Of a stretch of DNA of 64,000 bases, positions 37,481-46,463 are shown piece after piece. How positions within the stretch are numbered: the stretch's first letter is position 1; each line of letters begins with the position of its first letter. The notes under the pieces were generated by a model. It made no database searches, was not told the DNA's origin, and saw only the letters and a list, made by a program, of their open reading frames with translations. The DNA comes from an uncultured Chloroflexia bacterium. GTDB taxonomy: Bacteria; Chloroflexota; Ktedonobacteria; Ktedonobacterales; JADMIN01. The stretch lies in assembly GCA_963702665.1 (NCBI GenBank), contig CAVPDP010000019.1:331023-395022 (forward strand), written 5' to 3'. Made by a program: the position numbers and the translations under genes.

Positions 37481-37549
37481 CGAACTCTCTTCGATTGATG
37501 ATATCAGTCTACGTGATCGCATGCGCTGCTGTCAACCAGCGATCATGCC

Positions 37550-38955
37550 TCATCCGCCGCCGAGGGCGGGCGGCAGATAGATCGCGATCACAGCCAGCAG
37601 CAGCCAGAGCGCCACCAGTTGCACGCCCTCCAGCATCGTCGATTCGCCATCGCGGCTGAGCAGCATGAAGGCGAAGGTGGCCGCGCCGAAGATGATGACG
37701 TTCAGCGGCGAAAAGACCAGATTCAGTGGATGGCCGGTCAGCCAGCCCACCAGCACGAGAATCGGCACCACCAGCAGAATCATCTGAATCGAGGCGCCCG
37801 CCGTGATGGCCATCGTGATATCCATCTTCTTGCGCCGCGCCATGCCGACCGAGCCGTAGAGTTCCACGACGCCCGCCAGCACTGGAATCAAAATGAGGCC
37901 GAGGAAGAATTCATAGTGACTCAGTCCGGCGTTGGTCTCGACCATCTCTTTGACCGAATCGGCGAAGTGCTCCGACATCACGACCACACCGGTCGCGGTA
38001 ACCAGGAGAAGGAGAACCGCGAGCAGCCCACGGACGGCTTTGTGTTCTCCCAGAAACCTTTGCTCCCCTGACTCACCGTGTGTGGCGCGGCGGATCTTAG
38101 TCCGTTGCGCGAGGGCGGAGAGTTTCTTGTCGGCGCTGTTGCGTTCTTCCGCGAAAAGCGCCTGTTGGCTATCGAGTTCTGTATAGGCCTCCTCGATACC
38201 GGAAAGCTCAGTAGTCGGAGGCGCCGGTCGCATCCTTATTGAAGTCACGCGGCCTGAAGACGACGAAGATGAGATAGGCCGCGTAGCTCACCAATAAGAC
38301 CACGGCGATGCAGACGGCGAAGGGCAGATGGCCAAATACCAGTAGCCCCGACTCAGCCGATTCGCCACCCGCGCTGCCCTCTGCTCCAGCAGACGATCCG
38401 ATGACAAATGAGGCCAGCGTCGGTAGCGATAGCCCTGTGACCGCCAGCGCGAACACGGTGCTGTATTCGCCCGCCGCCTCGGGGCTGAAGCGCATCTTGC
38501 CGTTACGCCAGCAGCCGATCAAGGTCGCGATGCCGAGGAACAGCAAGGCATTACGCACGATAACGCCCGCCACCGAGCTGAGTACGATCTCGGAGCCACG
38601 CGAGCCTGCGAACGATGTCAGCACCGAGAGCGCGAGCGCGAGTTCCGCCACGTTGCTGGCGGTGGTATGCAGCAGGCCGCCGAGAAACTGCCCCAGCAGC
38701 TCGGCTAACTCCTCGACGGCGCTTTCGAGAAAGCCCGCCAGCGGAATCAGCGAGAGCGCGGCGCAGAGAAATACGACACCGCCGACGAGCAGGACGCGCT
38801 GCTGGTCGCTCCAGCCCGGCGAGTGGTTCTGCCAGCAGATGCTCCTCGATCCATGCGCTGAAAATCACCAGCGGAATGAACAGCAGGAAGATGTTGATTT
38901 TACGCTTCCAGACGGACCTCTCCAAATCGGCTCTCCCCCGAATTAGCCGCCCCAT
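37550..38955 (-). pseudogene. CaCA-family cation (Ca2+)/H+ exchanger, split into three frames
   Basis: The N-terminus (INIFLLFIPLVIFSAWIEEHLL) shifts at ~38835-38845 into ...LIPLAGFLESAVEELAELLGQFLGGLLHTTASNVAELALALSVL...VRNALLFLGI. It shifts again at ~38215-38250 into the second alpha-repeat half (LGLILIPVLAGVVELYGSV...). Confidence 0.75.
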
Positions 38956-38974
38956 ATCATAGATGAGCGCAGAC

Positions 38975-39015
38975 GCTGACCTCACCCCCAACCCCTCTCC
39001 CACAGAAGAGGGAGC
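38975..39015. repeat. REP-like GC hairpin repeat (copy 3)
   Basis: gctgacctcacccccaacccctctcc is nearly identical over 29 nt to 12555-12580, followed by an imperfect hairpin. Confidence 0.8.
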
Positions 39016-39144
39016 CAGAGGTTGAGCGAGGCCTTTGCACGCGGGCATTGTCCCGCTGGTTGGTCAGCTTGTCAATACGCTGCTCTACGTAGAGCAATCG
39101 GCGGCAGTGTATGACCCCGTGATGTTATGGCGCTGTTTGCGGTG

Positions 39145-41455
39145 TCACGCCTCGATATTGCGCATGCTCAGTTGCACACGCCCCCGCCCGATATCCACCG
39201 CGAGCACGCGCACCTGCACCACCTGGCCAACGGCGACGACGGTGAGTGGGTCGCGCACGAAATGGTCGGCCATCTCGGAGACGTGTACCAGGCCATCCTG
39301 TTTGACGCCGATATCCACAAACGCGCCGAAATCGACGACGTTGCGCACGGTGCCCTGCAGCACCATGCCTTCCTGGAGATCCTCCAACTTCAGCACGTCC
39401 TGGCGCAGGATGGGCCTGGGCAGGCTGTCACGTGGGTCGAGTCCAGGTTTTTCCAGATTCTCCAGCATGTCGGTGAGCGTTGGCACGCCGACATTGACCT
39501 CTTTCGCCAGCGCCGCAATGGCCGCCTGAGCGCCTGACGCCGCGCGAGTTCATGCCGCTGAGCAGCCGCCACGAGCGCACCCGGTCGGACGCGCGCTCAT
39601 CTGGCTTCCCTGGCAGCGTCGTCAGCACCGCGCGGGCGGCGTCATAGCTTTCGGGATGGATGAAGGTGTTATCTAGCGGCTCTTTGCCACTGGGTACCTT
39701 GAGGAAGCCCGCCGCCTGTACGAACGTTGCCGGGCCGAGGCCAGAGACCTTGAGCAGTTGCTGGCGACTCTTGAAGAGGCCATGCTCCGCGCGCCAGGTA
39801 ACGATGTTGTCGGCGATCCGCGCGGTGATGCCGGAGACGTGGCGCAGCAGTTGCGCCGAGGCGGAGTTGACATCGACGCCCGCGAAGTTCACGCACGATA
39901 CCACGGTGCGGTCGAGCGCGGTGGCCAATGCCCGCTGATCCACATCATGCTGATAGAGGCCGACGCCAATGGCCTGGGGATCGATCTTGACCAGCTCGGC
40001 TAGCGGATCTTGCAGACGCCGGGCAATCGAGATGGTGCCGCGTTCGGTCACGTCTTTCGTGGGAAATTCCTGTCGGGCGACCTCAGACGCGGAATAGACC
40101 GACGCGCCAGCCTCGTTGACCATGACATAGCCCAGCGAGCCAGCGGGATTGCCCATCTTTTCCAGTTCGGCGATGACCTCAGCGGCGAGTTGTTCGGTCT
40201 CGCGCGAGGCGGTGCCATTGCCGATGGCGATCACGCCAATGTGATGGGTGGCAATCAACGCTTTGAGCGAAGCCTTCGCCTCTGCCCAGCGTTCCTGAGG
40301 CGCATGGGGATAGATCGTGGTGGACTCGATGGGCTTGCCGGTTTCATCCACCACCGCCACTTTACAGCCCGTGCGGAAGCCAGGGTCGAGTCCCAGCACG
40401 CGCTCGCCGCGCAGCGGCGGCTGTAACAGCAGATTGCGCAGGTTGGTCGCAAAGACGTTGATCGCGTGTTCTTCAGCCTGGCGTGTCAACTCGGCGCGCA
40501 CCTCACGTTCGAGCGCGGGCGCCAGCAGGCGGCGATAGCCATCGGCGATGGCGGTTCCCAGTTCGTCGGCGAAGGGCGAGCGGCTGTCGGGCTGATACTG
40601 GCGGTGAATCAGCGGCGCGGCGCGCTCGAATGGCACATCCACCGAGACGCGCAACACGTCTTCACGCTCGGCGCGATTGAGCGCGAGAATCCGATGCGGA
40701 ACGAGGCGTGAGACCGGCTCGTGAAAATCATAGTACATGCGATAGACGCCGCGCGGATCCTTCTCGGCGGCTTTTTCCGGGTCTACTGTGAGCTTTGTGC
40801 CGAGCGCGCCCTCTTTAATGAACTGCGCGCGCACCTCACCACGTACCGTTGCGTCTTCCATGATCGTCTCGGCGCAGATGTCGCGTGCGCCCGCAAGCGC
40901 CGCCTCGATATCCGCTACTCCGCTCTCAGCGCTCACAAATGGCTCCGCAGCGGCGATCCGCGCCTGTTCTGGCGGGCCGGGGATGCGCTCTTGCCGCAGA
41001 ATCAGGTCGGCGAGTGGCTGCAATCCGCGTTCGCGCGCCATGCTTGCGCGTGTCTTGCGCTTCTGGCGATAGGGCAGGTACAGGTCTTCGACGGCCTGCA
41101 AGGTGGTCGCCGCGAGAATCGCATCGGCCAGTTCGCGGGTTAGCTTGCCCTGCTCGGCGATGAGTCGCAAGACATCGTGCTTGCGGGCGTGGAGCGCGCG
41201 CAGAGCGGCGGCGCGGTCGCTGATCGCTTGAATCTCCACCTCGTCGAGGTTGCCGGTGGCCTCTTTGCGATAACGCGCGATGAAGGGCACCGTGTTGCCA
41301 TCATCGAGCAGGGTGAGTGTGGCAAGCGTCTGCGTCGGTTTCAGGCGCAGTTCGACCGCGATAACACGCGCCACCTCGGCAGGTTCCAGCGTCTCGGGGA
41401 AATGGACATCGTCAAGTGACAGAAATGCGCCAGAATCGGCGGCGGTGTCGGGCAC
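39145..41455 (-). pseudogene. tex: transcription accessory protein Tex (YqgF / HhH / S1 domains), split by a frameshift near 39545-39560
   Basis: ORF 39428..41455 reads TVPFIARYRKEATGNLDEVEI..., with a YqgF-like region and HhH motifs. ORF 39145..39486 carries ...PTLTDMLENLEKPGLDPRD plus the S1 domain (GMVLQGTVRNVVDFGAFVDIGVKQDGLVHVSEM). Removing one base in aactcgcgcggcg joins them. Confidence 0.85.
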
Positions 41456-41685
41456 GGAGAAGCTCCTCTATCGCGGTAAACGCCTCTACTCTATCAAGCA
41501 TATCGGCTGTCAGGCTGCCAGGATGAAAGCGCCCACCCAAGCAAACGGATGCTGTTACACGGCGCATCGGCCAGTATAGCCCAGGCGGCCCCGTAGGCTT
41601 GCAAACAGCGCCCGAATGGGCCATACTAGGGCGCGAGGGACGGATTTTTCCGGGATGTCGCCCATCAATCATCGCGAGGCCCACC

Positions 41686-42651
41686 ATGCCTGACCGAGAC
41701 AATACATCTGCCGACTCGGTGGAGCAGCCCAGTCTGTTTTTCCCCGACGCTGTGGCGCATCCAACTGAGTCGAAGCAGACGTCCGTGGCGATTGCTCCTC
41801 CGCTGACCGCAACATCCGTGCTGGGCGCATGCGCGTTGCCGTATCAGGAATATCTGCGCCTCACCGATCACTCGGCGTATACGATCACCTGCTTTCTCTC
41901 CGATCTGCGCCTGCTGACCGAGTTTCTGGGGCGTGAGATGCCCCTGCGCAGCATCACTAAGGATTCGCTGGCGGATTGGCTGGGGCATCTACGCTGGGAA
42001 CGCGCCACCCAACCGGCGCCGAAGACGATGGCGCGACGGGCGACATTCCTGAAAAACTTCTTTGGCTGGCTGGCGAAGGAGCAGTTGCTCGCCGATGACC
42101 CATCGCAGCGCATCGTGCTCTCACGCCCCATGCCGCCGTTGCCAGAGTTGCTCTATGAGGACGAGGTGGCCCGGCTAGAACAGGCTGCGGCGATTGATGC
42201 GCGCTGCCAGTTGCTGGTGATGACGTTGCTGGCGACTGGCCTGAAAAAAGAGGAATTGATGGCAGTGGCGCTACGTCACGTTGACCTCTCGAATCCAGAT
42301 GAGCCAGCGCTTGAGGTGCATTTTCCTGGTCAGGCGAAACGGCGCCGTGAGCGGCGTATGACGCTGCCGACTGAATGGACAGACGTCTTTCACCGCTATG
42401 TCGAGCGCTATCAGCCTCGCGAGCGGCTCTTCGAGTGTACCGACCGCAACCTGAACTACGTGCTCGCCGCCGCCGTCAAGCGCGCGGATCTCGAAAAGCG
42501 CGTGACTTTACAACTGCTACGCGACATCTTTGCCGTGCGCCAGTTGCGCGCTGGTGTGACGATGGATGCGCTACGTGAGAAGCTGGGTCTTTCGGAAGAG
42601 GCCTGGTATGAGATTGCCGAGAAATATCGCAAACTCGCGTTTCCAGCCTAG
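41686..42651 (+). CDS. tyrosine-recombinase (XerC/XerD/phage-integrase fold)-like protein with substituted catalytic residues
   Basis: ATG 41686. SAM-like N-domain (YTITCFLSDLRLLTEFLG), then LLATGLKKEEL (Arg I replaced by Lys), TLQLLRDIFAV (H-x-x-R-H becomes Q-x-x-R-D), LGLSEEAWYEI (His/Trp replaced by Leu, Tyr kept). Confidence 0.6.
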   Translation: MPDRDNTSADSVEQPSLFFPDAVAHPTESKQTSVAIAPPLTATSVLGACALPYQEYLRLTDHSAYTITCFLSDLRLLTEFLGREMPLRSITKDSLADWLGHLRWERATQPAPKTMARRATFLKNFFGWLAKEQLLADDPSQRIVLSRPMPPLPELLYEDEVARLEQAAAIDARCQLLVMTLLATGLKKEELMAVALRHVDLSNPDEPALEVHFPGQAKRRRERRMTLPTEWTDVFHRYVERYQPRERLFECTDRNLNYVLAAAVKRADLEKRVTLQLLRDIFAVRQLRAGVTMDALREKLGLSEEAWYEIAEKYRKLAFPA

Positions 42652-42917
42652 CTGGCTGAGGAGGAATACTGGATGCCACTCTCGCCTGCCCCATTGATGC
42701 CTGGCACATCACCGCTCCCGACGCCAGGCCGACGCCCTCCTGGACGACGGGCGCTGCGCATGGGCGCGCTGGTGGCGATTCCCTTGCTGATTGTTCTCCT
42801 GGCGGGTGGACAATTCATGCTGCCGCATATCCTGTTTCTGGCGCCGGGTCTCTTGGCGCAGACTGGTAACACCCAGCAAGGGCAACCAGCGGCGATGCGC
42901 CATTCCAGGGTTTCACG

Positions 42918-44153
42918 ATGATGTGGACACGCCGCCAGACCGGTGGCGGGTACGATACGCCAGCTTCGCTCGACAATATGACATTCGAGGCGAAGACATT
43001 CCACATGAACACCGTCATCATCCCGGTGGTGGCCGATATGCCGACGCGCAGCGCGAGCTACATTGCCTGGCATTCTACTGATAAAGGCGACAAAGACACG
43101 TTTGCGGACAGCGTGTATATACAGGCGATCAACGACGCGCACAAGGCGGGCCTGGTTCCCATCCTCGAACTTCAGATGCGCCAGCAGGATCAATTGAGCA
43201 GTGGCGCTGGTGGGCTTAATGAGACGAGCCAGCTTGTGGGTGTGGTGTGGTCAGAACTGCGCTCGAATAACAACATCTATGGCGAGACTGATAACATTGG
43301 TACACTGGAGCACAAGTGGTTCGATAACTACTCCCAGTTCGCGGTTCACTACGCCCAGCTATCCGAACAGTATCATCTCCCCTACTTCATCATTGGTGAC
43401 CAACTTTCCAATGTCACCGTGGATACCTCGCACACGACGGCGGCGAACGATGCTGCTGGGATCGATCGGGGCGTGCCCGGTGAATCGTTCCCCAACTGCA
43501 CTGGTCGGCGCGATTGCGGCTGGCGTCACGTGATACACGCGATACAGTCGGCCACCTACGCCAGTTTCGCTGGCCACCAGTCGCAGACCGGCGGTGGATA
43601 TACTGGCAAGCTGATCTACGCCGCCTCGTCTAGTGGAGCGTCGGAAGGCGCCACTGACAGTGAATACAACCACATCACCTGGTGGGACGCCGTAGACTAT
43701 ATCGGCGTAGACGCCTTCTTCCCACTGACCCAGAATGCTGATGTCAGCGTTCCCGACCTGATGAACGCATGGCACGGCAAGGGGCTTGATCTCAAGGGCC
43801 AGGGAGATATCTATGGCAATCTGGCAAAGATTGCTTCGTCGGCGGATCGGCCGATACTCTTCACTGCGGCGGGATACGAGAGCGCGGCTGGGGCAAACGG
43901 CGCTCCGCTGACGGCATCGACCGACAGCCCTGACCAGAACGAACAACTCAATGATATGCAGGCGTTGTTCCAGACGTTTGCCGCCGCGCCGTTCTGGCAA
44001 GGGGCCTTCTGGTACGCCGACCAGCCCGTGACGCCCCGCAGCAAACAGAGCAACTGGGATTCGAGCAGCTACTGGGGCGGCGATACCCTGGCGACGAGCA
44101 AGCTCGCGGGCCAGTGGCTTGCCGACTACTACCAGCCCAACCCGCTCAAGTAG
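42918..44153 (+). CDS. secreted TIM-barrel glycoside-hydrolase-like protein (clan GH-A-like); N-terminal signal-anchor apparently in another frame
   Basis: 411-aa ORF. The upstream ORF 42673..42921 encodes a signal-anchor (MGALVAIPLLIVLLAGG) and abuts it in a different frame. The beta4-like motif is YFIIGDQLSN and the beta7-like motif is ILFTAAGYES. The family assignment is tentative. Confidence 0.5.
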   Translation: MMWTRRQTGGGYDTPASLDNMTFEAKTFHMNTVIIPVVADMPTRSASYIAWHSTDKGDKDTFADSVYIQAINDAHKAGLVPILELQMRQQDQLSSGAGGLNETSQLVGVVWSELRSNNNIYGETDNIGTLEHKWFDNYSQFAVHYAQLSEQYHLPYFIIGDQLSNVTVDTSHTTAANDAAGIDRGVPGESFPNCTGRRDCGWRHVIHAIQSATYASFAGHQSQTGGGYTGKLIYAASSSGASEGATDSEYNHITWWDAVDYIGVDAFFPLTQNADVSVPDLMNAWHGKGLDLKGQGDIYGNLAKIASSADRPILFTAAGYESAAGANGAPLTASTDSPDQNEQLNDMQALFQTFAAAPFWQGAFWYADQPVTPRSKQSNWDSSSYWGGDTLATSKLAGQWLADYYQPNPLK

Positions 44154-44305
44154 CTGGCGGCTGAAGCCGCGCCTAAGGGCTGCGCCGCAAAGCCCGCCTG
44201 CGCGGGCTGCAGAGACCAGACGGCTATTCATAATCTCTGGAGGCCGCGCAGGCGGCCTTCGCAGCCGAACGAAGTGAGGCTCTTAGGCGCGGCTTCAGCC
44301 GCCAG
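44154..44305. repeat. 152-bp element with perfect 24-bp terminal inverted repeats and three internal hairpins
   Basis: CTGGCGGCTGAAGCCGCGCCTAAG (44154-44177) is the exact reverse complement of 44282-44305. Internal hairpins: GCCCGC-ctgc-GCGGGC, GGCCGC-gcag-GCGGCC, CTTCG-cagccga-CGAAG. Confidence 0.85.
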
Positions 44306-44930
44306 CCTGTCCAAAGCGGCGAGTGGCCTCGCGCTGCCATGCGGCCGCCAGCGCTGTGAGTTCTATCGGCAGGCCAGCCACCATCAGTAGCACGGTGTCG
44401 GCTGCGGCGGCCAGTCGCGTATTGGCGCGTCCCAGGCAGTCGCGATAGACGCGGCCAAGTGGATAGGGTGGTACAAGCCCCATCCCAACCTCATTGGAGA
44501 TGAGGATCAGCGTCGAGGTGTGCGCTCTCCATGCGCCCAGCAGATTGGTGATGGCGCCATCCACGCGCGCCTCGGCGGCGGCGCTCTCGATCGGTGACTC
44601 ATCGAACTCGCGCCATGCGTGGCGCCGTCAAGGAGCAGATTGGCGACGAGCAGGGTGATGCAATCCAGCAGGATCACGGGCGATGTAGCCGATTGAAGCG
44701 CGGCGGCGGGATTCAGCGGCTCCTCGGTGGTGAGCCAATGGCGCGGGCGACTCGCCTGGTGCCGCTGCAATCCGCTCGCGCATCTCGTCGTCGCTGGGGG
44801 TTGCGGTGGCAATGTAGAGCACGGGCGCTTCCCCCGCCAGTTGCGCCGCCAGCGCCTCGCCATAGGCGCTCTTGCCGCTTCGCGCGCCGCCAAGCAGCAG
44901 AATCAGCCGTGGGTTGGTCTCCAATGCCAT
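44295..44930 (-). pseudogene. cobU: adenosylcobinamide kinase / adenosylcobinamide-phosphate guanylyltransferase (CobU/CobP), with two frameshifts
   Basis: The N-terminus is [17 protein letters not shown] (P-loop)...[10 protein letters not shown]. It shifts at ~44758-44768 (extra G) into [16 protein letters not shown]...[15 protein letters not shown]. It shifts back at ~44590-44610 into ...ITNLLGAWRAHTSTLILISNEVGMGLVP. The first and last segments share a frame. Confidence 0.8.
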
Positions 44931-44936
44931 AGGGGT

Positions 44937-45551
44937 CTACCTGCTCCCACTCGTCGCCAGCGTCTGCGCAATGCCCGCCCGAAGCGCGCTGGCGTCGACC
45001 TCGCCCGTCCAGATGTTGCGTACGCTACCCTGCCCGTCAACCAGCACCAGCGTTGGATAGTAGGCGATGCCGTAACGTGCGGCAACGTGCCCATCGGCGT
45101 CGAGCAACACCGGATCGGTGATGGCAAGGCGCTGCATCATCAGATCGGGGAGATTTGGCAACTCGGCTGGCGAGTCGATGTAGACGGTATGCAGGCCAGA
45201 GAATCCAGCAGTGACCGCATGCGTCGCTTGCATCTGCAGCAGACAATGGGTACACAACGTGTAGAAGAATATCAGGAGCGTCGGCTTGCCGGGCGTTGGC
45301 GTAAAGGTGACGGGCGCTGGCAACCGGGCGCCAGCCTGTTCGGCGGGCAGCGTGAAGGTGATCGCTGGCCGATTGATATGCGCTTGTGTGGCGACGGCAG
45401 ACGGCGCACAGGCGCGGAATGCGACCAGCAGCACGATAGCCAGCAGCGCCGCCGCCAGCATCCCGCCGCGCAATGCCCGCGATGGGGTGGGCGCCGATGT
45501 GCGCCAGCGCGCCTTCATTGTTGCGATCATGCTGCTCCACTGCTCCAGCAT
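44937..45551 (-). CDS. TlpA/ResA-like thiol-disulfide oxidoreductase (thioredoxin fold, membrane-anchored)
   Basis: TM anchor MLAAALLAIVLLVAF. The CxxC motif sits in KPTLLIFFYTLCTHCLLQM, with YYPTLVLVDGQG downstream. Confidence 0.75.
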   Translation of the reverse strand: MLEQWSSMIATMKARWRTSAPTPSRALRGGMLAAALLAIVLLVAFRACAPSAVATQAHINRPAITFTLPAEQAGARLPAPVTFTPTPGKPTLLIFFYTLCTHCLLQMQATHAVTAGFSGLHTVYIDSPAELPNLPDLMMQRLAITDPVLLDADGHVAARYGIAYYPTLVLVDGQGSVRNIWTGEVDASALRAGIAQTLATSGSR

Positions 45552-45775
45552 CCGTGCATGTTTGTCTCCGACCTGGCGAGCGTCTCAGCCTCGCCCATTA
45601 ACCTCGATTTTAGCACGTACCGAGGTCATGCAGTGGGATGGATAGCCCCGCTGCTGGCCCAAAGGTTCCAGCGGGATAGTATGGCGAGGATGGCTATGCT
45701 ATACTGGGCTTCCGAAAGCAGCAGTCGCATAAGTGAGTTTCTGGCGGTGAGGTGTGGCCGAGAGGAGCAGACGCG

Positions 45776-46234
45776 ATGCGGGGTCGCAGTGAGCGGTATC
45801 AGCAGTGGGACGACGGACAGGGATACGCTGACGATGGCGAATCCTATGGATATGGCGAGCAGAACTATTCCGATGCCGACTATGGCCAATATGGCGAATA
45901 TGATGATGACGCTATGTATGCCCAGGATGACGCACAGGGACTGGTGCTCCAGCGCGAGCAGTCGCTGGTCGGCGTTTCCAGCACAGTCACGGCGCATGGC
46001 GTGCCGTTGCTCTCCTATACACGTACAATGAACCGCTTCTACACCAGCCGCAAGCAGAAGCTGAGCTTCGGTCGTTTCAAGTGTGAGGTCTGTGGCGAGC
46101 GGATTCGCTGGTGGGCGTGGCAGACGCCTACGGGCAATCGCACCCACGATGGCTGCTACGAGCGTCTCGCCTGGATGTGGACGAATCTCTACGCCCAGCA
46201 GCAGCGTCTCGCCAACGAGGGTCGCCTCGACTAA
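45776..46234 (+). CDS. hypothetical protein (acidic Tyr/Asp/Gly-rich N-terminus, C-terminal Cys/His cluster)
   Basis: ATG 45776 lies 8 nt after GGAG. The C-terminus reads FKCEVCGERIRWW...THDGCYERL. No family recognised. Confidence 0.45.
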   Translation: MRGRSERYQQWDDGQGYADDGESYGYGEQNYSDADYGQYGEYDDDAMYAQDDAQGLVLQREQSLVGVSSTVTAHGVPLLSYTRTMNRFYTSRKQKLSFGRFKCEVCGERIRWWAWQTPTGNRTHDGCYERLAWMWTNLYAQQQRLANEGRLD

Positions 46235-46463
46235 CTCGACGACTCGCTACGCCAGCAATTCACGGTTTTCGACTCCATGCCCGCGTGGGTTCACAATTCA
46301 CCACTATTCTGCGCGCCGGGCGCGTGATACACTGAATGGTACACTGTGGCCAACCCAACTAACCATTCGCGTGGGCACGGGGTCTTTCTGTGCGTCTGGG
46401 CATTATCCTTATTCGCTACCGACTGGTCTATTCGTGATGTGAGAGACGAGGCACAAGAAATTC

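Noticed and set aside
41599-44305. The recombinase-like gene was considered as a marker of an integrated phage or genomic island.
   Set aside because: There are no phage, conjugation or cargo genes, no tRNA target, and no flanking direct repeats that I could find. The catalytic residues are degenerate. The 152-bp inverted-repeat element is 1.5 kb away and shows no clear link to it.
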